Of a stretch of 64,000 bases of DNA, positions 34,692 to 46,982 are shown in pieces. The notes below the pieces were generated by a model that was not told where the DNA came from, did not search any database, and saw only the letters and a program-made list of their open reading frames with translations. The stretch is from Rebecca billardiae RCC1528 (lineage: Eukaryota > Protista > Haptophyta): positions 1,178,001 to 1,242,000 of the forward strand of contig OZ251232.1 of the NCBI GenBank assembly GCA_965240325.2. Reading direction: 5' to 3'. The translations under genes were made by a program, and so were the position numbers. Each line of letters begins with the position of its first letter. Position 1 is the first letter of the stretch.

Positions 34692-36405
34692 GCCGGGCCC
34701 GGCAATGGCGAGCAACAGGTCGGCGGCGGCGTGCTGCGCGCCGAGCTCGGCCAAGCCGACGGCGCGCCAGGCCGCCGGCAGCACCTCCTCGCGCGCCACC
34801 GAGGGCGACGCCACCAGCGCCTCGAGCGCGGGCCTGCCTGCGCTCAGCAGCCGTTGGAGGGCGCACAGTGAGAGTGTGCGCGCGCCAGGCAGAGCGCACT
34901 CGGCGTGCACGGCCGCGCGCGCGTACGCCGTGGGCAGCCCGCGCTGCTGCCGCGGCAGCGCGGCGGCGTGGACGCCGCGCGCCGACGCGTTCGCCACGAG
35001 CCCCGCGAGCAGCTCGTGCAGCACGTCGGACGGCGGCATCCCGCCTGCTTCGTCCGCAAGTGCGCGCACAAACACGGAATCGGCCTCGGCGGTGGCGCGT
35101 GCGCTCCACGGCGCGAGCCGCGCGGCGCGGAGCTGCGCCGGGCTGGCCTCGTGCACGCCGACCTCGTCGTTGCCCGCGCCCGCCGCCGCGTCGAGCAGGC
35201 TCGCCACGAGCACGTCGCGCGCCCCGCTCGAGAAGTGAGACACGGCGCCGCAGCGCCACACGCACTGCACCGCCTGGCTGTCTGAGGGCGGTCTGATCAG
35301 CGCGGCGAGCTCGCTCAGCGGGCGCAGCTCGACGATCGCCAGCGCGTCGGGGTCCTGCGCGCGAGGCGGCGGGGCGGGGCGCCACGCCGGCCGCGGCCGC
35401 GCTCCGCGCCCGGTCAGCCGGTGCGCGAGGGCGCGGCGCGGCGGGCGCGCGCGGCAGCGCGCGAAGAGCGCCAAGCGCGCGGCGGACATGCGCGCGCGTG
35501 CGCGCAGCACGGCGCGGCGCGCGCGGACGCACCCGCTCGCACAGCTCGCTGTCGGTGACGAGCAGCGAGACGCGCTGCGGGCCGAGCGGCGTCAGCTTGA
35601 TCGCGTCGCACCGGAACAGCGCCGAGCGGAACGCCGAGTCGAGCTGCGCGCGCGTGGCGCACACGGTTGCAAGCGTGGGCGGCGCAGCCTCGCCGCGCGC
35701 CGAGACGACGCCCACGCCCGTGTTGACGGGGAGGCCGTCGGCGACGGTGACGAGGGCGCCGAGCGGCGGGAGCGACGCGCAGATCTGCCGCAGCAGCGCG
35801 CCCAGCTCGCGCGTGCGCAGCGCCTCGGGCCACGCGCGCCGCTCGGCCATGAGCAGAACGCCGCCTTCGCCCGAGCCCAGACCTCCGAGCGGGCTGAGCG
35901 ACGAGATGCTGGCGTACGGGATGTCCTCGAGGAGCGCGTCGGTCGTGGGGTCGCGCAGCTCGAGCGAGCACCCGCTCGCGACGAGCACCACGTCCGCCCA
36001 CTGCGGCTCGTGCCCGTCGCGCACGCGGTCGAGGCGCGCGCCGCGCGTGCGCACGATGGCGCCCTGCGCGCTGTGGCGCGCGCGGTGGACGGCGGTGAGG
36101 AGCTCGCCGCGGTACTCGCAGGACCAGGTGGTCCGTTGCGGCCCGAACCCCAGCCTGATCGGCGAGCTCTGGTCGTGCCGCGTCGCGAGCACGAACGCGT
36201 CGGTCGAGCCGGCGACCGCATGCGCATCGACCACGTCGTCCGCGAGCGACCAGACGTTGGTCACCTCGAGGGTGACCGGGTTGACGGTGGAGAGGGTGGT
36301 CTCGCCCACCGCGAAGATGCGGCGGTACCGCCCGCGCCACGAGTGCTTGCTCGCGAGGAAGCGCTCGCGCACGGCGCCGACCTCGATCGGCGCGTGCTTG
36401 CCCAT
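26623..36405 (-). CDS. DNAJC13: RME-8 / DNAJC13 (GRV2) endosomal J-domain protein; introns 35355-35532, 31115-31340, 30752-30991, 30121-30299 and 27028-27392
   Basis: N-terminal KHSWRGRYRRIF, LCER-DPDALAIVELRPL, IWN-type repeats (LLWNATTRDEL, SIWSHEMR, LVWNGAMRAEL, LVWTAEMR), a GYF-like segment and the J-domain LRRAYLKLAARYHPDKNP. All introns are GT-AG and frame-restoring. Confidence 0.93.
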
Positions 36406-36657
36406 GGCCGCCGCCGACCTCGGACCCCCGCCCTGCGGCTCGGCCGCTGCGTGGCGGGCGGAGGGCGCGAGAATATCTCCATCGTCTTTTTTTTTTTTTC
36501 GGCGTACTGGATCGCCGCCCAGCCATCGTTGCGCACGCGCGTCTGGAGGTTGCGAGCCAGCGAGGAAAGCGCGGGCGGACCGGCGGCGGCTGGCGCGCCC
36601 CCGCGCGCCGCATCCACTCGCCTGCCGGACCCAGGCACGGCGCGCGAGCTCTGCTGC

Positions 36658-37245
36658 ATGAACGTTGCAAAGCGCAGCCGCGATCCGATCTGCGACGTGT
36701 GCGGCCACTGCCACGTGCAGGGCGTCAAGTGCTCTGTGTGCGGGCACGTCGGCAAGTACATTGTGCCAGGCGGGCCGAACAAGCCCACGCCGGGCTTCGT
36801 GCCGCCGGTGCCGCCTGGCCCGATCGACCAGCCCAACAACACCCCGCCATGGATGGTCGGCATCACTGTTGCCGAGTTCCAGTTCTGCCTCGAGGTCTTC
36901 TTCAGCCTGCTGCCACAGCTGATCACCTCGGGCGGCGCCGTGCCCGCCGCGCTCCAAAATCTGGACCAGCTTAAGATCATCCTCGACACGCTGCCGGACT
37001 ACTGCCAAACAGACCAGTGCCCGAGCTATGTGATGGGCATCCCGTGCCGCCCGGTGCGTGCCGCGCGCCCGCGCCGGTGCGGCACTCATCCTTCCCACGT
37101 GCATGCGCGCTGACGGCCTTGCGCGCACAATGTCCCTGCCGTGCCTCGGCTGCTGACGCCCTGCCAACCCTCGCAGATTTTGAAAGCTCTGCACGAAGTA
37201 CACATGAACGGCGCTCCGATCGCGCCGTACGTGCAACTGGACTGA
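36658..37245 (+). CDS. Small orphan protein (about 154 aa) with a CxxCGHxH...CxxCGH metal-binding motif; intron 37054-37176
   Basis: ATG at 36658, coding-like codon usage, a phase-0 GT..CAG intron with a GCTGAC branch-like site, and a last exon ILKALHEVHMNGAPIAPYVQLD*. Confidence 0.7.
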
Positions 37246-38769
37246 CCGCGGGTGCTCCGCGCGTGGCCGAATCTGGGCCCGGTGAGCCAAGTCGACGAGG
37301 GCTGCCAGCGGCCCAGACTCTGTGAGTCTGTCTTTGGGCCAGAGCTGGCCGAGAGGACCCCTCCGCCCTCCCGCGTCACCGCCACCGACGGCCCGGACGG
37401 GGACCGTCAGGCGTCACGGGGCAGACGGGCAAGACCGCCGGTGCCGCCAAGCGGTACTTTATTGCGGCTCGCGCAACCAACCGTGCCCGTGGCAACTGTC
37501 CGTGCGGTACCGCGTACTGTGAATAACTAATACAGTTACTATTTGTCATTGAGACCAGCCGTAAGTAGCAGTACAGTACTACGGTTGCAGCAGCAGCAGC
37601 AGCTACGGTACCGGTAGTGGATCATCATCGTCATCAATAAGTCATCGTCGTCATGATCAGCATCAGATCGATATATTATAATTAATGGCTCATTCAGCCT
37701 GCTCACTCATCTAGTAATAATTAATTGGCTGCTTGCAACAATTATTGAGTAGCTATAGTGCTGCCTAGTGCAAGAGTACTGGCTGGCATGTTAACGGCGC
37801 GGTGAATCCGCTGACGAGTGGTCGATCTGCTCAGTGACTCGTCAGTGGACGACCGCCACTGGACGCACTACCTGTCTACCACTAGCTAGGCCTTGAAGCA
37901 CTTACAGGCTACTGTTAAATCGTCCGTCGTCGGACGATCCGCGTCGCCCGGCGCCGCGTCAGACCAGCCGCGAGTAGCAGACTGCAGAGTCTCAGGCGGA
38001 CCGCCGCGCTGGCCAGAGTGAGAGCCCCACTGCCAGGGGTGCGTGGCCCAAAATCCAACTTCCTGTCGTCTTGAGATGAGGCTCTCAAACTTCGGGTTGT
38101 CAATAATATTCGCCTGAAATGAGCTGGGGTCACGCTGACAAGTTTCAGTGCGAAAAACTGTCACATACTGGAGATATACGACCTCAATCTCGACGCGATC
38201 TCGGCAACATTAGTAGGGGAAATACACGATCTCCAAGGTGATCTCGCTATTTGATTTTGCACCAGAATCGCACCGCGTCTAGATCACATTTTGGCAGTCT
38301 GAAATTGGCACAGGCGGATTGAGATTTGAGTGAGATTCTACGACGGCCCTGGAATTAAGCCTTAACGCCTACTAACTAGTTCGGCGTCCAAGTAAATTAT
38401 ATACCCGTGTGATAGTTCGTCATGCTAAGAGATTTCGGTAGATTGTGGCACCCGAGAGTGTAACGGTCGGAGCTCTGACCCCACTACGGCTGTCAGGCCA
38501 GACGGAGTGAGTGAGACGGCCCGCCGTTAGAGTGCGGTGCTGCCAGTCACCCGGAGGGGCCCCCGCCCCGCCGCGGCACGCCGGCCGGCCGGCCGCCGCG
38601 GCGCCGTCAGGGGCGGCGGGCCCGGGGGGCGGGGCGTCCGCGGGCCATGTGCTCATCTCAGCTAATCACAGCGCCGCGTCGCCGCCCACGTCGTTCTGCT
38701 GACTCTGCCGGCGCTCTGTCTGCTGACTCAGTCGGGTGCCGGAGCAGCCGCTGCATATGTAGACCGTGT

Positions 38770-39166
38770 TCACCTCGCCGTCTGTCGCGCGGGCATCTCG
38801 TACTCTCGCTCGTACTCGATCGACACTCGCCTGCGCTTGGACGCACCGCCCCGTTTGGGCCCCGCCCCCCTCTCCGCCGGCGGTGGTCGCGCGGCTGGCT
38901 TGCGCGCGGGCAAGGGTCCGCGCTTGCCCTGACCGCGGCGATCGGCCGCGCCGTCCTCCTCGCCGCCATCCTCATCCTCGTCGTCCTCGTCATCCTCGTC
39001 GTCCTCCCCGTCTGCGTCGTCCGGCCCTCGCGGCACGTACCCACCTGAAAGCCACGAAGCGGAGCGCGCAGGGCAGCGCGGCGGCGCAGCGGCACTCGCT
39101 CAGCGCGGCGCGCACGAGCGCGATATGGCGGCGCGATGGGGGATGCGCGCGCGCACCGTCCTCGAG

Positions 39167-39201
<35 letters not shown>

Positions 39202-40042
39202 GGCCCTCGTCGTCGTCGCCCTCCAGGTCCTCGACGTACTGCATCCGGCCGTCGCCCTCCTCCTCCTCCTCCGCCTCCTCCTCGCCCTCCTCCTCCTCCT
39301 GCTCCTCGCGGTCGAGCACCTTGGCAAACTCCTTGGGCGCAAAGTTGTAGATGTCGCCGTACGTGCCGGCGCGCAGGCGCTCGAGCAGCTCGCGCTCGAT
39401 CGTCTTGTCCAGGTTGGCCGCGCGCTCCGCCTTGATCTCGCGCCGCGCGTCGCGCCGCTCCTTCTTCTTCGAGATGCGCTCGAGCGCAGGCTGCGCCTTC
39501 AGCTTGAGCCTGCGCATGCGTATCAAGTACTGCGTGATCTTGGTGAGCCGCTGCTTGCACTTGTGCACGAGGAACTTGGGCCAGTACGCGAGGTGCTCGT
39601 CGATCAGCGCGAGCGCCTGCGCGTAGCTCTTCGGCAGCTTCACCTTCTCCCACAACCGCTTGGGCGAGTGCGCGCGCTCGGCCGTCTTCATGCACAGGTA
39701 GAGCGTGCCGTCCTCCTCGAGGATCGTGGCGTACTGGCTGTTGGCTAGCGGGCACGAGCTCTTGTTGCACGTGCCGGTGAGGTTGTACTTGTTGCGGCAC
39801 ATCGTCTGCGTCGTCGTCTTCGCCTTGAACGAGCAGTGGTTGTAGTTGATCACCTGCCAGATCACCTGCGCGGCGGGCGGACAGCCGAGGCGAGCGCGCA
39901 CGCGCACGCGCGCGCGTTCGCGGCACGCGCGGGCTCGCGGCCAGGTGAGCCGGCGGGAAGGCGAGAGCGCGCTGAGACACGCAGAGAAGCCGCCTCTGGC
40001 GCACGTCCACCCGCGCCGGCCACGCACATCGTCGGTGATCAT
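38770..40042 (-). CDS. MAK16: Ribosome biogenesis protein MAK16; introns 39866-40027 and 39045-39156
   Basis: [19 protein letters not shown]...[25 protein letters not shown], an acidic tail and C-terminal [10 protein letters not shown]. Confidence 0.95.
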
Positions 40043-40847
40043 GATGCTCGCGCCCACGTGACGAACGTCCACGTGAGCGGTGAGCCCAGGGCTGTCAGTC
40101 GCTTTTATTTCACGATGGCGGACTGGCCTGCAGCAGGGCAGGGCGGTGCGGCTCCGTGGGCGCTTCTTGGGATGACCTCCGGGCCGACGAGTCAGCAGCC
40201 ATCATTGTTGTCATCAGGCGGCCGAAAATAACTGCGCGCAGAAAGCGAACTTGTAGATCCGCGCGAAACTTCGCGACGACGATCAATCATGCTGGTGGGC
40301 ATTGTCAATTCTGGCGGCGCCCGGTGGCAACATACGGACAGTAGACATGATACTCATTATTACTAACAGTCTTAGCTGCATGAAATAAGGCATACGTGCT
40401 GCGTCTGCTTACTGCGGGGCGGGCGCCCTGAGGCACCTTCCCGCGCAGTCGAGGCGCCGCCGGCCGTCGTCCGACATGCTTGCAGTTCTGAATGATGTGA
40501 GTCCATCAGCGGCGCCGAGCGCGAAAACGGCTGAGCGCAAGGCGTCGACGCGACCGGCACGAGCATCGAGGGCGAGCGCCGCTCGCCGCTCGTGCCGGCG
40601 AATCAACGAGCGTCGCGGAAGGCCAAGCGCAGGCTTCCGAACGCTGCAGACTCGAGCATCGCCGCCCGTGGCTGTGGCTCCATGCGCCCAATAGTACTGG
40701 CTGATCAAGACCTGCGCGGCGCAAGCGTCGGGCCCCGGCCGAGTGCGCGGCAGCGTGAGACGGCGCGGGCAAGGCGAGCGCGCGGCGCGCGGGGTGCGCC
40801 GCGGGGGGCGTGCCCTCGGCGCGGGCCCGGCGCGCACCGTGCAGGCT

Positions 40848-41126
40848 CTAGGCAAGGTACTTGTACACGTTCGACTTGCTCGCGTCGCGCTCGAGGTACT
40901 CGCGCGCGATCAGGTCCTCGATGCGCTTCTTGATCTGCTTCGGGTCGGGCTTGAAGTGGCGCATCAGCTGCTGCGACGCCTCCAGCACGAGCCTGCGACG
41001 AGGCGCACGCGCGCGCGCGGGCGGAGGCGGGGCGGGCGGGCGCGGGCGGGCGGGCACGGGGTGAGGCGCGGCGTGTGCGGCGCCCCGAACCGGCGCAGCC
41101 GGGCGGGCGGCCGGGCGAGCGAGCGT

Positions 41127-41164
<38 letters not shown>

Positions 41165-42491
41165 AGGCGTGGGCGCAGGCGCGGGCGCGGGCATAGGCGC
41201 GGGCGCAGGTGCGCACCTCTGGTGGTCCAGCGACTTGCGCGTCTTCATGATGCGCACGATTGCTGCCTCGATGGCGTGCTTGCGGTCCTGCGCGTGCCGC
41301 GCGCGCAGTGTGGCGAGGGGCGGCGGGCGCAGAGGCCGCGGCCGGCAGCGCGGGCGTCAGCCAGCCCGACGGGCCGGAAGGCTCGCGCGCGCGCTCCCGG
41401 CGCCGTGCGCGCTCAGCGGCAAGGCGGTGCGCCGCGCACAGGTGCGCACCTCGTCGACCGTCTGCCTCGTCGTCTCCTTCTCCTCCTGCGTCACCTTCGC
41501 GGTGAGCATCGGCACCTTGATCCTGCGCGCCTTGTCCGTGAACTCGAGGTTGCACGAGAAGGCGTCCGCGGCGTCCACCTCGCGCGAGGCGGGCTCCTTC
41601 AGCAGGATCCGGTACTTGCCGACTGAGAGCGAGAGGAGGTAGCGCTTCAGCTCGTCGAGCGGCAGGTTGAGCGCCTTCTGGATCTCCTCGCACGTGTACT
41701 TCGCCTGCGAGTTGAAGAGCAGCAGGATGCACGCCTGGTACGTCGAGACCATCAGGTCGTGCTTCTTCTCCTTGCCGCCGGGGCTGAACGTGCCGAGCAC
41801 CTGCGCCGAGCCGAGCGAGTGCACCCAGCGCAGCCGGCGGTGAGAGGTGCGGCCGTCGTAGAACTCCTTGAACGCCTGCACGCACTGCACCATCTCCGAG
41901 GGCAGGTTGAGCTCGTCCGACTTGTACGTCGGCCAGAAGCCCGTCGTGAGCACCTGCACCGTCAGGTCCGTATCGAGCTTCAGCTGCTTGTCCGACATCC
42001 ATTCGGCGAACGCCGACTGGATGTCGGCCGAGAGGTGCATGTCCGTGACCATGCCCTCGAGCTTGGACGTGAACTGCGCGCCGCACTTGAGCTTCAGCTT
42101 GGCGATCATCGAGCGCTCGGCGTCGTCCGACGCCGAGCGCGCGAGGAGCAGCCTCTTCGCCAGCTGCTTCTTGTAGAACTCCGCGAAGATGTCCTTGTCC
42201 GTCAGGTACGAGAAGAGCTTCACCACCTTCTCGAGCTTGTCGTCGAGCTGCTGGTCGTCGAGCCGCTCGCCCGACTTCTTCAGCAGGTTGTCGCAGAAGT
42301 TGGAGAGCATCTCGGCGGTCGTCATCTTGTGGATGTCCTTGTTGACGAAGATCTCGAAGGCCTCCTTCATCGCCTTCTGGAAGATCGCGTTCTGCCCGAA
42401 GCACTCCTTCACCAGGTCGGTGTACTTGTCGTGGATGTCCAAGAGCTCCTGCACGTACGGGTTCATGTCCGCAGCGCTCGCGGCCGCGGCC

Positions 42492-42528
<37 letters not shown>

Positions 42529-43742
42529 TGCCGCCGCCGCCGCCCGCGCCGCCCGCGGCGCCCGCGGCGCCGTCGCCGCCCGCGCTGTCCGACGCGCCCT
42601 CCTGCTTGCGCACGAGCGTCATCCCGATGTCGGTGATGTGCTTGCGCACGATCGCGCCGATCGGCTGCAGCCCGTTGGGCACGCGCGAGAAGAGGCGGTA
42701 CATGCGCGCGAGGTCGTCCGTCTTGTTGTCGCGGAGCAGCGCCTCGCAGCCCGAGTTCTCCTTCTCGAGCAGCTTGGTCTCGGGCGACGCGAGCAGCTCG
42801 TCCTCGCACACCTGCAGCATCTTCTCCTGCGTCGTCGGGTGTAGGTAGTGCGCGACGCGCGCCTGCTCCTGGGTGAGCCTGTCCTCCGCCTTGCACATGT
42901 AGTCGGGGAACGAGTCCTGCTCCGTCCAGCTCGCGCTCTGCACGCTGCGCGAGACGCGGCGCCGCGCGCGACGGGCGGGGCCGCGGGGCCGCGGAGCCGC
43001 ACCGAGCGGGCCGAGCGTCAGCATGCGCGCAGCGCGCGCGCCGCGCCGACTGCGGGGCCGCATGCGCCGCACGCGCTCGCGAGCCATCGCCGCGCCGCGG
43101 CGCGCACCGGTAGAAGTCGCGGGTCGCAACGAGCAGCGCCTCCTCAAAGTCGGTCGTGTACACCTCCAGCGAGTTCCGCGTGCCGCCCATATCGACGAAG
43201 ATCGCCACGACGTCCTTGATCAGCTTGCGGTCGATGAGCTCGCCCTCGCGCTCCTTCAGGATGAGCGACAGGATCACCGAGCGCACGTCGCGCTTGACGG
43301 CGTTGAAGACGATCTCGTGGAACGAGTTGGAGCCGACCTCGGAGAGCTCGGGCAGCGACAGCCGCTTCACGTAGAAGCGGTCGAGGTACTTGAACACGTG
43401 CGAGAGGAAGCGGATCATGAGCTTGTGGTTGTCCCACCGTCGCACGAGCTCGCGCAGCATCGCCTCGTTGTTCTTCGCCTTGATGCGCGGGAGCACCTTG
43501 ACGGAGAGGTACTCCTTCACAGAGCCACAGTAGTTGTTGTACAGCTGCTCCGACCAGTTGTTCGGGGGCTTCTGTGTGCACATCGAGTAGACGGTCGTGT
43601 AGAGCTGCGAGTACTCATCCGTCGTGATCTTGATGCGGTACACGTTGTCGGTGAGGTCCTCGAGGATCTCCTGGATCTTGAGGACCCCATGCTGCTTCAG
43701 CTTCTGCCAGCCCTCGTCGAGGGTGATCACCGGGCCCTGCAT
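40848..43742 (-). CDS. CUL1: Cullin-1 (plant/algal type); introns 42945-43107, 41288-41449 and 40993-41216
   Basis: YSQLYTTVYSMCTQKPP, FKYLDRFYV, DKDIFAEFYKKQLAKRLL, the neddylation region IEAAIVRIMKTRK, and IKKRIEDLIAREYLERD...YKYLA*. Confidence 0.95.
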
Positions 43743-43967
43743 CGCCCGAGCAGGCCTCCCGCACGCGCCGCCGCCGCTCCGCTCGCGACCTTCCTGGTGG
43801 AGGCCACCCTTGTCCGGTGTCACCGAGCGCGCCCGGCGCGCTGCTCAGCACTGCCGCGCCCGCTGCTCCGGCTGGGACAAGGAAGCTTGGCGCGCCAAGG
43901 CCTCTCACGTCCGGTGGTCGCGGCCGCTGCTACCAGTCCGGGTCCGCAAGGTGGCCCTGGCGGCATC

Positions 43968-45029
43968 ATGGCGCACGGCGAGCTCATGCGCGACTACGGC
44001 CCCGGCGCGCTGGAGTTCTGGCGCACGTGCGCCACGCTTGAGCCCGTCACCTTCACCATCGCGTGGATCACCGCGGGTATCGCCATTACGCTCACCTGCA
44101 CGACGAGCACGCTGCACGAGGCCCAGCTGCGCGCGAGCAGTGTCACGATGCGCCGGCAGTACTACCTGCGCATCTCGGCGATGGCGCGCGTCTTCGCGAT
44201 CACGTGCGCGCTCTCTCTCCTCACGCCGCGCGCGTGGCTGCTCTGGCACCTGCTGCAGAAGCAGTACGAGGCGTACGTGCTCGCCTCGTTCGGCCAGCTG
44301 CTCTTCCTGCTGCTCAGCCTCGCGGCGATGGGCAGCGCGCAGGAGGTGCACGGCGACGCCGAGATGGCGGGGCAGCGCATCGTCGCCGTGCTCGCCTCGC
44401 AGGGCGCGCAGAGGCACTTCGCCCAGCCGCCGCTCTGCTGCGTGCTCCACGCGTGCATGAGCCCGGGCTACCTCAGCGTCAGCCACCTGCTCTGGCTGGT
44501 CACGGGCCTGCGCCAGTTCGTCTTTGCCATGCCCTCGCTCGCGGTGCTGGTGCTGTGGGCGGCGATCGTGCTCGAGCCCGCGCAGACGCAGCGCGTCGCG
44601 ATGTTCGCCTCGATCCTGAGCAAGCTCTCCACGCTGCTCGCGCTGTACTGCCTCTTCGTGCTGTACCGCGCGACGCACGAGGTGCTGCACGCGTGGCACA
44701 CGACTGCCAAGTTCGTGTCCATCAAGCTCTTCCTCCTCGTCGCGCTCGTGCAGGAGCCGATCGTGGGCGCGATCGTCGGGCACGGCGACGGCGAGGGGCA
44801 GTGCCTGCGCGGCACGAATCGCGCCAACTTCTGGGCGATGTGGCTGCTCAGTGTCGAGACGATCGGCATGGCCGTGCTGCTGCGCCGCGCGTTCCCGGCC
44901 GAGGAGCTCGAGGCCGAGGCGGCGCACGAGCGCTCCGGCGTGCTCGTCGAGCTGCAGCTGCGCTCCTACTTTGAGGGGCTCGAGCAGAAGCGCGCGAGGG
45001 GCGAGAAGCTCGACGACGACGACCTGTGA
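43968..45029 (+). CDS. Organic solute transporter alpha / TMEM184-like membrane protein
   Basis: About 7 TM segments with RQYYLRISAMARVFAI, YEAYVLASFGQLL, AKFVSIKLFL and LSVETIGMAVLLRRAFP. Confidence 0.75.
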   Translation: MAHGELMRDYGPGALEFWRTCATLEPVTFTIAWITAGIAITLTCTTSTLHEAQLRASSVTMRRQYYLRISAMARVFAITCALSLLTPRAWLLWHLLQKQYEAYVLASFGQLLFLLLSLAAMGSAQEVHGDAEMAGQRIVAVLASQGAQRHFAQPPLCCVLHACMSPGYLSVSHLLWLVTGLRQFVFAMPSLAVLVLWAAIVLEPAQTQRVAMFASILSKLSTLLALYCLFVLYRATHEVLHAWHTTAKFVSIKLFLLVALVQEPIVGAIVGHGDGEGQCLRGTNRANFWAMWLLSVETIGMAVLLRRAFPAEELEAEAAHERSGVLVELQLRSYFEGLEQKRARGEKLDDDDL

Positions 45030-45374
45030 GCCGCGAGGACTCGTAGCCTAGGGATACCGCGTTGGCTCAGCACGGTCACGCGACGCAGCGGAGGCCATTA
45101 CTATGCCGGCTGCCGGGCTGCCGGCTGCGCCTGGCCCTGTGCCGCTGACACTCGTCAGTGACACGGTGACGGGCACCGCGATGATTGACACATTGACTGA
45201 TTTGACATAGTAGTTATAGTAGTGCATGTATTAGCGTAGTTACTCATCAAGCGTACTACTACCGCCACTTATACTCCATCATCAATCAGTATTAATCATC
45301 ATCGGCAGTGGATTATACTACGGTCGTCGTCTTAGACTTAGCGGAGCCCTGTAATTATGTCAAATAATACGACT

Positions 45375-45412
45375 TATTATAATGTAGATATATATATATC
45401 TACATTATAATA
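45375..45412. repeat. Perfect 38-bp palindrome centred on (TA)n
   Basis: TATTATAATGTAGATATATATATATCTACATTATAATA is its own reverse complement. Confidence 0.92.
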
Positions 45413-45735
45413 CTGATGGTTATATATATAATAATAATAATAATAAATCACTCTGAGTGGACTCGTATATTGTACTCGCAGCTATTAGCTAACTCGGATG
45501 AGCGGCCAAAGTAGTCTCAGTACCAGACTGCTCCGAAGTCATCTGCGCATGCTGGGCCTCATGCCCGGTGCTGGTTGCTGGCTGCTGCGGCGCCTGCGGC
45601 AGCCGCTGCCAAGTGCCAGCGGCAGCGCTGCAGCAACACGGCGCAGCGGCACAGACGCCACGGTCACGTAACGGTCGTCGTCGTCATCACGTGCTGCCGC
45701 TGCGCAGACCGATGTCGTTCCGGTGATCGACCCGG

Positions 45736-46812
45736 TCAACTGGGCAAGTCCTGAGGCTTCGTCGCGGCGCGGGCCGACTCCGATTCATCCGCGGCTTTGT
45801 CGTTGAACGAGGAGCCACCAGACGATTCTGCATACCCGTAGCGCACCATGTACTCACGATTCGCGGCCCACAGCGCTTGCGCCTCCGCGCCAGGCAGGTC
45901 TGCGCGCCAGTCGGCGTGCGTGCGATGGCGCCGGTGGAATCGACTGCCACGCGCACCCGCGCTCTTGCGCTGCGCCGCAAGGCCGCCCACCCACTCCACA
46001 ACGGATTCAGCGAGGGCGTCGCTCGTCGCCGCCGCGCACAGGCCGGCCTTGGCCGAGAAGCTCCGCAGGAGCGCGGCCTGCGCGCTCGGCACGTCGGCCG
46101 CGTCGAACACGGCTTCGTACGCCACGTCGAGCTGCGCTCGCGGCTGCCACTGCGAGAACGACTCGACGTACGGCTGCAGCGTCCGCGCGCACGCGCCTGG
46201 CTCACCGTCCGCGCGAATGCCGAGCCAGTTCTTGCGACCAGTCGCCGCGAACGCGACCGCTGACGCGCAGATGGCGCGCAGGTCGCGATGGCTGACGATC
46301 ACGACGTCGGAGGCGCGCGCGAGCGCCTCGTCGAAGCCGTGCGTCTTGTACACGAGCAGGCGCTTGCTCGGGTCGTCGTCCGTCGGCCGGTACCGGCGCT
46401 TGACGAAGCGGCGCGCCGAGCTCCCGTCGCCAACGCCGAGAGCGCGTTGCGACATGGCGAAGATCGCGTTGTACAGCCAGGTGGAGCCGGAGCGCGGCAG
46501 CCCGGCAATCACTACGCGCAGGGGGCCAGCGTGCGGGGAGCGCGCCGTGCACGGAGGGGAGGCCAGAGCCGTCGCCGCCGCTGGCGAGACTCGCGGCGCC
46601 ATGTCCAAGCGCTCCACGGCTGCAGGCCCGCTCTCCGCGCCGGGCCGTTCGCGACCTGTCGGCACGTCCGGCACAGTCGGCGTGGCAGGGCCGGCGACAG
46701 GAGCATGGATCGCCGCGGGAGATGAGCGTGCGAGCCGCACGGCGCCCGAAAGCAGGAGCGTGAGCGCGGCAACAGTGGCCAACAGCAGCTGCAGTCGCGA
46801 GTCGGACGCCAT
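45736..46812 (-). CDS. Membrane-anchored sulfotransferase-family protein
   Basis: N-terminal TM segment, 5'-PSB motif IAGLPRSGSTWLYN, KTH, and 3'-PB-like SHRDLRAICAS. Confidence 0.75.
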   Translation of the reverse strand: MASDSRLQLLLATVAALTLLLSGAVRLARSSPAAIHAPVAGPATPTVPDVPTGRERPGAESGPAAVERLDMAPRVSPAAATALASPPCTARSPHAGPLRVVIAGLPRSGSTWLYNAIFAMSQRALGVGDGSSARRFVKRRYRPTDDDPSKRLLVYKTHGFDEALARASDVVIVSHRDLRAICASAVAFAATGRKNWLGIRADGEPGACARTLQPYVESFSQWQPRAQLDVAYEAVFDAADVPSAQAALLRSFSAKAGLCAAATSDALAESVVEWVGGLAAQRKSAGARGSRFHRRHRTHADWRADLPGAEAQALWAANREYMVRYGYAESSGGSSFNDKAADESESARAATKPQDLPS

Positions 46813-46982
46813 GCTGAGAAGTCGGCGGATTTACGAGCGTGTTTTTCCGCGGGCGCGGACGACTTTTCCTGGCCGCCCGGACCACAATTCTGAAACGCCC
46901 AGCGAGGCAGCGACGCAGGGCCACGCCCGTCTTTTCAAGCAACGCCCGCTCCGCTACCTCCTCCGCTGAGCGGACAACCACG

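Noticed and set aside
32974-37290. 1438-aa ORF, and similarly the N-terminally extended 43023-45029 and 16144-18777 ORFs
   Set aside because: Chimeric open frames running through promoters or introns; the real starts are at 36405, 43968 and about 17098.
28200-42560. (GGC)n poly-Gly/poly-Ala insertions in RME-8 and CUL1
   Set aside because: Ordinary trinucleotide expansion in loops of a GC-rich genome.
27028-43107. Introns as a possible introner (mobile intron) family
   Set aside because: They share only GTGCGC starts and local microsatellites (7-bp and 6-bp repeats); no extended similarity between introns was seen.
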